Assembly (NCBI GenBank): GCA_019873625.1
Contig: JAIOAW010000004.1
Span: forward strand, 33,324-97,323
DNA from: Chloroflexota bacterium
GTDB lineage: Bacteria > Chloroflexota > Anaerolineae > UBA1429
DNA length: 64,000 nucleotides
Direction of reading: 5' to 3'
Shown: positions 18,536 through 27,114 of the stretch, one piece after another
Layout: each line of letters begins with the position of its first letter
Position numbering within the stretch: position 1 is the first letter of the stretch
The notes under the pieces: generated by a model
The model's database searches: none
The model's input: the letters and a program-made list of their open reading frames with translations, nothing else
What the model was told of the DNA's origin: nothing
Program-made: the position numbers and the translations under genes

Positions 18536-19669
18536 ATGAGCAAGACCTATCGCCTTGGAGCCATCGGGTTCGCCCATATGCACATCAACCACCTGCTCGA
18601 TGAGTTCAACAAACTCCCGAACATCGAATGGGTGGCCTGTGCAGATAACACGCCCGCCGTGCCTTCACGGACGATGAAGCCCTCCGGCCGGCTGATGAAC
18701 CTCAAGTATGCCCATGAGACGATCGGCATCCCCAAGGTGTACGATTGCTACCATGAGATGCTTGAGAAGGAAAAGTTCGACATCATCATCTTCTGCCCCG
18801 AGAATGCCAAGCATGGCGAGGTGGCGGAGGCCATCGCCAAGGCCGGCGCGCATATGGTTACCGAAAAGCCGATGTCGGCTAGCCTTTCGGATGCGCTGCG
18901 TATGGTGCGCGCCTGCAAAAAGTACAAGGTGGAGTTGATGGTGAACTGGCCCACCACCTGGTCGCCCGCGGTGCGCAAGGCCAAGGAACTCATTGACTCG
19001 GGCATCATCGGCGATGTGTGGGAGGTCAAGTGGCGCAACGGGCCTTCGATGGGGCCGCTCTCCTACTCCACGGGCGACCAAGCCTGGCTGCCCGAGGAAA
19101 AGGGCGAGGAATGGTGGCACCAGGCCGCGCCGGGCGGCGGCGCCTTGCTGGACTATTGCTGCTACGGCGCGTGCCTTTCGCGGTGGTATATCGGCAAGCC
19201 CGCGGTGGCGGCCACGGCGATGAAGGCCAACTTCACCAGCCACTATGGCGATGCGGATGATAACGCCATCATCGTGGTGCGCTATCCGGAGGCGTTTACC
19301 ATCCTCGAGGCGACGTGGACCACCTGGCATACGGGCATCCCCACGGGGCCGATCATCTACGGCACCAAGGGTACCCTGGTGGTGACGAATATGGTCAAAG
19401 AGGGGCACCGCGTGCCGGTGGTGCAGGTATTCACCACGCGTGGCTACGGCTACGAGCCGGACCAGGTCGTGGAGGGCGATCCGTTGCCCGAGGGGCGCGC
19501 GACGCTGGCCGAGGAGTTCATCTACCACCTGGAGACGGGCGAGCCGTTGCACCCCACGCTGGAGATGATGCAGAACCTGCAAGTGATGGCCATTTTGGAT
19601 GCGGGCATCCGCTCTGCGGCCTCGGGCAAGGTGGAACTCGTCAACGACGCGAACTGGTGCATTGGCTAA
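18536..19669 (+). CDS. Gfo/Idh/MocA-family oxidoreductase (#4; DYCCY / C-terminal WCIG subgroup)
   Basis: IGFAHMH, HMVTEKPM, GGGALLDYCCYG; ends NDANWCIG. Confidence 0.88.
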   Translation: MSKTYRLGAIGFAHMHINHLLDEFNKLPNIEWVACADNTPAVPSRTMKPSGRLMNLKYAHETIGIPKVYDCYHEMLEKEKFDIIIFCPENAKHGEVAEAIAKAGAHMVTEKPMSASLSDALRMVRACKKYKVELMVNWPTTWSPAVRKAKELIDSGIIGDVWEVKWRNGPSMGPLSYSTGDQAWLPEEKGEEWWHQAAPGGGALLDYCCYGACLSRWYIGKPAVAATAMKANFTSHYGDADDNAIIVVRYPEAFTILEATWTTWHTGIPTGPIIYGTKGTLVVTNMVKEGHRVPVVQVFTTRGYGYEPDQVVEGDPLPEGRATLAEEFIYHLETGEPLHPTLEMMQNLQVMAILDAGIRSAASGKVELVNDANWCIG

Positions 19670-19704
19670 AGGATGCAAGGGCGGGTTCCCTGTGAGCCGC
19701 TGGC

Positions 19705-19733
19705 TTGACAAGGAACCCGCCTTCGCCTACAAT
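19705..19733 (+). promoter_or_regulatory. Consensus sigma70 promoter of the glycyl radical enzyme gene
   Basis: TTGACA-17 nt-TACAAT. Confidence 0.8.
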
Positions 19734-19734
19734 G

Positions 19735-19754
19735 CGATGTGAACGTTCACATCG
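19735..19754. promoter_or_regulatory. Perfect 20-bp palindromic operator at the predicted transcription start
   Basis: CGATGTGAACGTTCACATCG is its own reverse complement and starts 2 nt after the -10 box. The core TGTGAACGTTCACA resembles LacI-family operators. Confidence 0.75.
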
Positions 19755-19832
19755 AGAGCGGTTTGGGGGCGTTAGCAAAAGCGGCTACCCTTTACCGATG
19801 GGCACATTCGTATTACCGTTGGAGGCCTGATT

Positions 19833-22076
19833 ATGAGTGTAGAGACGACCGTGCAAGAAATCACCTATCAGATGCGCTTGGATTCGCTGCGCGAAACCAA
19901 GATGCGCCACACCCGCGAGAAGCAAGAGATCGTCGGTTCGATGGATCATGACGACTGGGCCTTGATCCTACCGCCGCCCGACCGGCGCAAGGTCGTCAAG
20001 ACGATTAGCACCTCGGGTATGCCGATCACCGATGTCCTCATCGAGGGGTACGAGCCGGTGCCCAACCACCCGAGCGGCGGGTTCTTTGGCCCCAAGGCCT
20101 GCGGCGAGAACTTTGGCGCGCTCTTGCGCGCTCACCCGCCCTATGTGGACCCCATGGCCTCGCTTTTGGGCGGGTACAACGTCAACTTTTCGTCGTACCG
20201 CAAGGTCCGCTGGAACCCCGATTTCGACTACTCGCACCTCCAGCCTTACATTGACAAGTACAAGTTGATCTCGGGCATCGGCGCCTCGCAGCATTTTTGC
20301 CAGGATCTCGAAATCGGCCTGAAACTGGGTTGGGGCGGCCTGCTGGATAAGATTCGCTTCTACCGCGCCCAGCACGGCCCCGAAAAGGCCGATTTCTACG
20401 ACGGCCTGGAGGCCATCGTCACCGGAATGCAGGCTTGGATCAAGACGAATGTGGATGAGGCCCGCCGCTTGGCCGAAAAAGAGGAAAACCCGCAACTGCG
20501 CGAGAACCTTCTCAAACTGGCCGATATGAACGAGCGCCTCATCACCGAGCCGCCGCAGACCTTCCATGAGGCCTGCCAGTGGATCGCCTGGTATCAGATG
20601 GCGGCCCGTATGTATAACGGAAGCGGCTCGTTGGGGCGGCTGGATGTCATCCTCCAGCCGTATTATGAGCGCGACGTGGCCGCCGGCATCTTGACGGATG
20701 AAGAGGCCATCTTCCACATCGCGAACATCCTCCTTCTGGATACGGCTTACATCCAGTTGGGCGGCCCCTTGCCCGATGGGCGCGACGCCACGAGCAAGGT
20801 CTCGTACTTGGTGCTCGAGGCGGCGCATCGCCTGCGCATCCCCGCCAATATCGGCGTAACCGTGGGGCCGAGCACAGACCCTGGCCTGCTCCGCCGCGGC
20901 GTGGAGATTATGTTCCAAGACCGGACGGGCATCCCCAAGTTCTTGGGCACCGATAACATCATCGAGGGCTTTGCCCGCAACGGGTATGACCTCTCGATGG
21001 CGCGCCAACGCGCTTATTCCGGCTGCCACTGGTTCGCCATCCCCGGCCGCGAGTACACCTTGAACGACTGCGTCAAGATCAACCTGGGCGCGGTGTTCGA
21101 GGTGGCCTGGGAAGAGATGATGCAGGATGTCTCCACGGCGAGCGTGGAGAAACTGTGGAACCTCTTCCAGTACCATCTCAAAGAGGCCATCAAGTGGTTG
21201 GCCCGCTGCCTAGACTTTCATATGGAGCATATGCATCAGGTCTTCCCCGAACTCGTGCTCGATCTCTTGTGCTATGGGCCGATCGAGCGCGGGGAGGATG
21301 CCTCGCACGGCGGGGTGGATTACTACAACCTCTGCGTGGATGGCGCGGCCTTGGCCACGGTTACCGATTCCTTTGCGGCGCTCGAGCAGCGCATCGAAAA
21401 GGAAAAGGTGATGACCTGGGAAGAGATCAAGCGCTATATCGAGACGAACTGGGCCGGCCCTGAAGGCGAACGCGCCCGGCTGATGATGCACAACATCCCG
21501 CGCTTTGGCTCCGGCGGATCTCGGGCCGATGAGTGGGCCGTCAAGATCACCGAGGTCTTTACGCGGCTCGTGAAAGAAAGCCCCACGCCGAACGGCTTCA
21601 ATATGATTCCGGGCTACTTCTCGTGGGCAAACACCATCCCTATGGGCAAGGTGCTCAAGGCCACGCCGAATGGCCGCCGCGCGGGCGAGCCGATTTCTCA
21701 TGGGGCGAACCCCGACCCCGGCTTTCGCAAAGACGGGGCGCCGAGCGCCATGGCCGTGGCCATCGCGAGCGTCCAGCCCGGCTGGGGCAACTCGGCCCCG
21801 ATGCAGATCGAACTTGACCCCGGCATCACGCGCGATGAGGAGGGCGTCGAGAATATCGCCAACCTCATCAAGGCCCATATGGACCTCGGCGGCACCCAGA
21901 TCAATATGAACGTGATGGATGCGGACAAGGTGCTGGAAGCGCATAAAGACCCCAGCAAATATCCCGACCTCGTGGTGCGGGTGACGGGCTTTAGCGCCTA
22001 CTTTGCCAGCCTCTCGCCCGAGTTCCGCCAACTCGTGGTTGATCGCATCATCCGCGAACGAGAGGCGTCGAGTTAG
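19833..22076 (+). CDS. Glycyl radical enzyme (PFL-like superfamily) of unknown specificity
   Basis: C-terminal radical domain YPDLVVRVTGFSAYF (Gly719), ATPNGRRAGEPISHGANP, SLGRLD..LQPYYERD, and Cys loop AYSGCHWF (Cys398). Confidence 0.92.
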   Translation: MSVETTVQEITYQMRLDSLRETKMRHTREKQEIVGSMDHDDWALILPPPDRRKVVKTISTSGMPITDVLIEGYEPVPNHPSGGFFGPKACGENFGALLRAHPPYVDPMASLLGGYNVNFSSYRKVRWNPDFDYSHLQPYIDKYKLISGIGASQHFCQDLEIGLKLGWGGLLDKIRFYRAQHGPEKADFYDGLEAIVTGMQAWIKTNVDEARRLAEKEENPQLRENLLKLADMNERLITEPPQTFHEACQWIAWYQMAARMYNGSGSLGRLDVILQPYYERDVAAGILTDEEAIFHIANILLLDTAYIQLGGPLPDGRDATSKVSYLVLEAAHRLRIPANIGVTVGPSTDPGLLRRGVEIMFQDRTGIPKFLGTDNIIEGFARNGYDLSMARQRAYSGCHWFAIPGREYTLNDCVKINLGAVFEVAWEEMMQDVSTASVEKLWNLFQYHLKEAIKWLARCLDFHMEHMHQVFPELVLDLLCYGPIERGEDASHGGVDYYNLCVDGAALATVTDSFAALEQRIEKEKVMTWEEIKRYIETNWAGPEGERARLMMHNIPRFGSGGSRADEWAVKITEVFTRLVKESPTPNGFNMIPGYFSWANTIPMGKVLKATPNGRRAGEPISHGANPDPGFRKDGAPSAMAVAIASVQPGWGNSAPMQIELDPGITRDEEGVENIANLIKAHMDLGGTQINMNVMDADKVLEAHKDPSKYPDLVVRVTGFSAYFASLSPEFRQLVVDRIIREREASS

Positions 22077-22081
22077 CACGT

Positions 22082-22121
22082 AATCCCCCTTGCGGGGCTT
22101 GACAAACCCGCAAGGGGGATT
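22082..22121. terminator. 15-bp perfect stem-loop after the GRE gene, with TTGACA in the loop
   Basis: AATCCCCCTTGCGGG-gcttgacaaa-CCCGCAAGGGGGATT. It may act as a terminator or RNA stabiliser and also as a promoter (CATTAT lies 17 nt after TTGACA). Confidence 0.6.
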
Positions 22122-22177
22122 CATTATTCTAACCAAGCACGTTTCGCGTGCTCCAAAACTGCTTTTAGGAGGGTATC

Positions 22178-23290
22178 ATGGCAAAGGACAAGTTCAAGGT
22201 TGCGATTATCGGGGCCGGTATGATCGCCAACGCGGCACACATCCCTGCGTGGAAGGACCTCCCCAACGACGTCGAGATCGTGGCCGTTATGGATGTCTTT
22301 GAGGCGAATGCCCAGAATACGGCCAAGATGCACGGCATCCCCAAGGCCTACACCAATGCCGAAAAGATGCTCGAAGAGTGCAAGCCCGATATCGTCTCGG
22401 TATGCACGCCCAACTGCTATCACAAGCAATACACCATTCTGTCGCTCGAGGCGGGGGCGCACGTCTTGTGCGAAAAGCCCGTGGCCACGAGCGCGCGCGA
22501 TGCCGCCGAAATGTTCGATACCGCCGAGCGCGTGGGCAAACTCCTCTTTGTGGGGCAAACGATGCGCTGGAGCGGCAACGTCATCGCGGCCAAAGAGCTT
22601 GTGGATCTGGGCAAACTGGGCGAGATGTACTATGCCGAGACGGCCTCGCTGCGGCGGCGCGGCGTGCCCAAGTGGGGTATGTTCCATATGAAGGAGCACA
22701 ACGCGGGCGGCCCGCTCTATGATATCGGCGTGCACTCGCTCGACGCCCTTTTGTGGATTATGGGCAACCCCAAGGTGATTGCCGCGAGCGGCGCCACCTA
22801 CCTCAAGATCGCCAACCGCGATGAGGGCCTCAGGACGTCTCTCGCCGATAGCGGCGCGCCGCTGGGCCTGTTCACGCCACGCCCCTATGATTACCGCGAG
22901 TTCAACGTCGAAGATTTTGGCGTGGGCTTTATGCGGCTCGAAGGCGGCGCCACCATCTACCTCAAGGCCTCTTGGGCGGCGAACATCGCCGAGGGGATGG
23001 GCGGCACCTTCATCTTGGGCACCGAGGGCGGCCTTAAACTCCAGCCGCTGACCTATGTGACCAATATGGGGAGTTATATGGTGGATGTTACGCCGCACGT
23101 GCCGCAGGAGCGCCAGGTGGCCTTCTTTGGCCATTTCAAGGAGTGCGAGCACTTTGTGCGGGTCATCCGCGGCGAGGAAAAGGAACTCTTGGTCAAGCGC
23201 GCCGAGGCCCTGAACGTGATGCGCGCGCTGGATGCCATCTACAAATCCGCCGAAGTGGGGCATGAAGTCCCGGTCGAGGACGTGAACTGA
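22178..23290 (+). CDS. Gfo/Idh/MocA-family oxidoreductase (#5)
   Basis: IGAGMIA, AHVLCEKPVA and GGPLYDIGVHSLD. Confidence 0.9.
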   Translation: MAKDKFKVAIIGAGMIANAAHIPAWKDLPNDVEIVAVMDVFEANAQNTAKMHGIPKAYTNAEKMLEECKPDIVSVCTPNCYHKQYTILSLEAGAHVLCEKPVATSARDAAEMFDTAERVGKLLFVGQTMRWSGNVIAAKELVDLGKLGEMYYAETASLRRRGVPKWGMFHMKEHNAGGPLYDIGVHSLDALLWIMGNPKVIAASGATYLKIANRDEGLRTSLADSGAPLGLFTPRPYDYREFNVEDFGVGFMRLEGGATIYLKASWAANIAEGMGGTFILGTEGGLKLQPLTYVTNMGSYMVDVTPHVPQERQVAFFGHFKECEHFVRVIRGEEKELLVKRAEALNVMRALDAIYKSAEVGHEVPVEDVN

Positions 23291-23348
23291 GGCTCGCCCG
23301 CCCTGTGCGGGCGAGGTGCACACACAAGCAAGGGAAAGGAGTCTCGCT

Positions 23349-24476
23349 ATGGCCAAGAAATACCGCGTCGGGATTATCGGGTTTGGGCATATGCACGTGA
23401 ACAACGTGGCCCAACTCTATGCGGATCATCCGCAGGTGGAGTGGGTGGCCTGCGCCGATACCAAGCCGCTCAAGCCGGAACTGCGTGTGGCCCCCTATAC
23501 GCGCCAGTGGAACCAAAAGTTCCTTATGGAGAAACTCGGCATCCCCAAAAAGTACGATTGCTACCACGAGATGCTCGAGAAAGAAAAGTTTGACATCATC
23601 ATCGTGCAAAGCGAGAACGCCCAGCACCCGGATATCGTCGAGGCCTGCGCCGCCAAGGGCGTGAACGTCTGCGTGGAAAAGCCGATGGCGATGTCCCTTT
23701 CGGATGCCCTGCGTATGGCGCGCGCCGTGCGGGCCAACGGCACGAAACTCATCGTCAACTGGCCGCTCACCTGGAGCCCGGCGGCCCGCAAGGCCAAGGA
23801 ATTGATTGACCAGGGCGTCATCGGGCGGGTGCTGGAAGTCAAGTGGCGCTCCGGCCATACCGGCCCCCTCGGCCCGGGTGCGCATCACGCCGGCGTGAGC
23901 GACACGGCGGCCCCGATGACCGGCCCCGAGCGCGCGGCCACTTGGTGGCATCAAGAGGCGGCCGGCGGCGGCGCCTTGCTTGATTACTGCTGCTACGGCG
24001 CGATGGTCTCGTATTGGTACATCGGCGAGCCGGGCGTGGCCGCGGTGGGTATGAAGGCTAACCTCAACAGCGAGTGGGGCGATGCCAACGATAACGCCGC
24101 CCTGGTGATTCGCTTCCCGCGGGCTATGGCGCTCCTCGAAGGCTCGTGGACGACCTGGGATCACGGCGTGCCGGGCGGGCCGATCGTCTATGGGCAGACG
24201 GGCACCCTCGTGGTGGAGACGGTAGAAGGCAAGCAGCGCGTGCGCCTGGAGCGCGGCCATGGGCAGACCACCATTTATGAGCCAGACCCCCTGCCGAAGG
24301 GGCGCCATGACGTGGCCCACGAGTATATCCATCACCTGGAGACGGGCGAACCGGTGCACATCACGCTCGACCTCGACTTTAACCTGCAGGCGATGGCCAT
24401 CCTCGATGCGGGTGCGCGCGCCGCGGCCTCTGGCAAGATGGAACTCGTGAACAACGAGACCTGGTGCATCGGCTGA
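23349..24476 (+). CDS. Gfo/Idh/MocA-family oxidoreductase (#6; DYCCY/WCIG subgroup)
   Basis: IGFGHMH, VCVEKPM, GGGALLDYCCYG; ends NNETWCIG. AAGGAG RBS before MAKKYR. Confidence 0.88.
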   Translation: MAKKYRVGIIGFGHMHVNNVAQLYADHPQVEWVACADTKPLKPELRVAPYTRQWNQKFLMEKLGIPKKYDCYHEMLEKEKFDIIIVQSENAQHPDIVEACAAKGVNVCVEKPMAMSLSDALRMARAVRANGTKLIVNWPLTWSPAARKAKELIDQGVIGRVLEVKWRSGHTGPLGPGAHHAGVSDTAAPMTGPERAATWWHQEAAGGGALLDYCCYGAMVSYWYIGEPGVAAVGMKANLNSEWGDANDNAALVIRFPRAMALLEGSWTTWDHGVPGGPIVYGQTGTLVVETVEGKQRVRLERGHGQTTIYEPDPLPKGRHDVAHEYIHHLETGEPVHITLDLDFNLQAMAILDAGARAAASGKMELVNNETWCIG

Positions 24477-24598
24477 GCGCCTGTGGCTCGCCCTGTGAGA
24501 TGAGATGCGGTCACACCGGGGTGCCCCTCTAAAAGAGGGGCACCCGCCTGTAGGCTGAAATCAAGAATACCTCAATTCGCCCGTTTAGGAGAGGCATT

Positions 24599-25726
24599 AT
24601 GGCCAAAAAATATCGCGTCGGGATCATCGGCTTTGGGCATATGCACGTGAATAACGTCGCCCAACTCTATGCGGCGCATCCGCAGGTGGAGTGGGTAGCC
24701 TGCGCCGATACGAAGCCGATGAAGCCCGAGTTGCGCGTGGCGCCGTACACCCGCCAGTGGAACCAGCAGTATCTCATGGAGAAACTGGGCATCCCCAAAA
24801 AGTACGATTGCTACCATGAGATGCTGGAAAAGGAAACCTTCGATATTATGATCGTGCAGACGGAAAACGCCCTCCACCCTGAGGTGGTGGAGGCCTGCGC
24901 GGCTAAGGGCGTGAACGTCTGCGTAGAAAAGCCAATGGCCGTCTCCCTTTCGGCGGCGCTGCGTATGGTGCGCGCCGTCCAAAATGCGGGGACGAAACTC
25001 CTCGTCAACTGGCCGCTTACCTGGAGCCCGGCGGCCCGCAAGGCCAAGGAATTGGTTGACCAGGGCCTCATTGGGCGGGTGCTGGAAGTCAAGTGGCGCG
25101 CGGCGCACACTGGCCCCCTCGGCCCGGGCGGTATGCACACGGGCGTGAGCGGCACCACAGAACCGATGACCGGCCCCGAGCGCGCCGCCACTTGGTGGCA
25201 TCAAAGCGCCGCGGGCGGCGGGGCTATGCTCGACTTTTGCTGCTACGGGGGGATGATCTCGCGTTGGATCATCGGCGAGCAGGCCGTGGCCGCCGTGGGC
25301 TTTAAGGCGAACCTCGATAGCACCTGGGGAGACGCTGAGGATAACGCCGTGATCTTGGTGCGCTTCCCCAAGGCGATGGCCGTGTGGGAAGGCTCGTGGA
25401 CGACCTGGGATAGCGGCGTGCCGGGCGGCCCTATCATCTATGGGGAAACGGGCACGCTCGTGGTGGAAACGCGCGAGGGCAAACCCGTGGTGCGCCATGA
25501 GCGCGGCGGCGGGCGCACGACGATTTATGAGGCCGAGCCTCTCCCCCAGGGCCGGCATGATGTGGCCTATGAGTACATCCACCATCTGGAGACGGGCGAG
25601 CCGCTCCATCCCTCGCTGGAGATGATGTTCAACCTGGAGGTGATGGCCATCCTCGATGCGGGGGTGCGTTCGGCGGCGAGCGGCCGGGTGGAACTCGTCA
25701 ATAACGCGCATTGGTGCATCGGCTAA
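24599..25726 (+). CDS. Gfo/Idh/MocA-family oxidoreductase (#7), close tandem paralog of #6
   Basis: N-terminal half nearly identical to #6; GGGAMLDFCCYG; ends NNAHWCIG. Confidence 0.88.
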   Translation: MAKKYRVGIIGFGHMHVNNVAQLYAAHPQVEWVACADTKPMKPELRVAPYTRQWNQQYLMEKLGIPKKYDCYHEMLEKETFDIMIVQTENALHPEVVEACAAKGVNVCVEKPMAVSLSAALRMVRAVQNAGTKLLVNWPLTWSPAARKAKELVDQGLIGRVLEVKWRAAHTGPLGPGGMHTGVSGTTEPMTGPERAATWWHQSAAGGGAMLDFCCYGGMISRWIIGEQAVAAVGFKANLDSTWGDAEDNAVILVRFPKAMAVWEGSWTTWDSGVPGGPIIYGETGTLVVETREGKPVVRHERGGGRTTIYEAEPLPQGRHDVAYEYIHHLETGEPLHPSLEMMFNLEVMAILDAGVRSAASGRVELVNNAHWCIG

Positions 25727-25734
25727 GAAGGTAA

Positions 25735-25769
25735 GGGGCCTCGTAAAGGGATTCCCCTTACGAGGCCCC
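25735..25769. terminator. Stem-loop after oxidoreductase #7
   Basis: GGGGCCTCGTAA-agggattcccc-TTACGAGGCCCC inverted repeat; no U-tract. Confidence 0.45.
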
Positions 25770-25950
25770 CTGTGGGAGCCTAGGGAAGCGATTCCCTCTT
25801 TTTTGAAGCGAAAATTGCTTCGAGGCCAAACCTTTTCTGTGCGCATAGCCCCGGAGCGCGCTGTGTGGGGCCAAAATGGCCTTGCATTGCCCTTGGCCAA
25901 TCGAGTAAGATAGGCGTTGCGCGCCGAATCTCATCTTTGAGGAGGTGGGT

Positions 25951-27084
25951 ATGACCAAGACGTACCGCATCGGGGCCTTGGGGTTTGCCCAGGGTCACAT
26001 TTTTGGCTTTGTGCAATCTTTCCTGAGGCTCTCCAACGTAGCCATCGAGTGGGTGGCCTGCGCCGATACCGTCCCTCCCAAACCCTCGCTTCTTGGCCGC
26101 ACGGAGAAGGCCGTCAAGCGCTTTCAAGAACTCACGGGCTGCACACGCGCCTACGAGCGTTGGGAAGAGATGTTGGAAAAGGAACGCTTCGACATCATCA
26201 TTTCTTGCCCGGAAAATGCCCGTCACGGCGAGGTGGCTGAGGCGATCGCCGCCCACGGCGCCCATATGATCACGGAAAAGCCGATGGCCGCGAGCCTTGC
26301 GGATGCCCTGCGGATGGTGCGCGCCGCTCAGGCGAACAACGTCTCCGTGATGATCAACTGGCCCACGACGTGGAACCCGGCCGTGCGTAAGGCGAAGGAG
26401 TTGATTGACCAGGGTGTCATCGGCGAGGTGTGGGAGGTCAAGTGGCGCAACGGCGGCTCGATGGGGCCGCTCACCTATTCGGAGCCGGAGCCAAGCGGCC
26501 CTGAAAAGGGCGCGGAATGGTGGCACCAGGCGGCTCCGGGGGGTGGGGCGCTCTTGGATTACTGCTGTTATGGGGCCTGCCTGGCGCGGTGGTATTTGGG
26601 CCAGGGCGCTGTGGCGGCTTACGGCCTGCGCGCCAACATCACGAGCCACTATGGCGATGCGGATGATAACGCGGTCATCACCGTGCGCTTCCCCAAGGCG
26701 CTGGCCATCCTTGAGGCGACGTGGACGACCTGGAACGTCGGCGTGCCCACGGGGCCGATCATCTACGGCACACGGGGCGCTCTGGTGGTTACGCGCCCGC
26801 GTGGCGCACCGGAGGGGCAGGCGCGCCAAGTGGTGGAGGTCTACACCTCGCGGGCGCACGGCCTGGTCGAACCGGATGAGATCATCGTGCCGGATCCCTT
26901 GCCTGAGGGGCGCGCCACCCTTGCGGAGGAATTCATCCATCATCTGGAGACGGGCGAGCCTCTGCACCCCACGCTCGATATGATGTTCAACCTAGAGGTG
27001 CAGGCCATTTTGGATGCGGGCATCCGTTCGGCGCAAAGCGGCCGGCTCGAACTCGTGAACAACGCCACCTGGTGCATCGGCTGA
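25951..27084 (+). CDS. Gfo/Idh/MocA-family oxidoreductase (#8; DYCCY/WCIG subgroup, closest to #4)
   Basis: LGFAQGH, HMITEKPM, GGGALLDYCCYG; ends NNATWCIG. GAGGAGG RBS; TTGCAT-18-TAAGAT promoter-like sequence at 25882-25911. Confidence 0.88.
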   Translation: MTKTYRIGALGFAQGHIFGFVQSFLRLSNVAIEWVACADTVPPKPSLLGRTEKAVKRFQELTGCTRAYERWEEMLEKERFDIIISCPENARHGEVAEAIAAHGAHMITEKPMAASLADALRMVRAAQANNVSVMINWPTTWNPAVRKAKELIDQGVIGEVWEVKWRNGGSMGPLTYSEPEPSGPEKGAEWWHQAAPGGGALLDYCCYGACLARWYLGQGAVAAYGLRANITSHYGDADDNAVITVRFPKALAILEATWTTWNVGVPTGPIIYGTRGALVVTRPRGAPEGQARQVVEVYTSRAHGLVEPDEIIVPDPLPEGRATLAEEFIHHLETGEPLHPTLDMMFNLEVQAILDAGIRSAQSGRLELVNNATWCIG

Positions 27085-27114
27085 GAATCCTTAGGGGGGA
27101 GCGCTTTTCCATCT

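Noticed and set aside
19833-22076. Calling the GRE pyruvate formate-lyase (pflB) or a microcompartment-associated GRE
   Set aside because: It lacks the PFL CC pair, there is no adjacent pflA, and no BMC shell genes are present.
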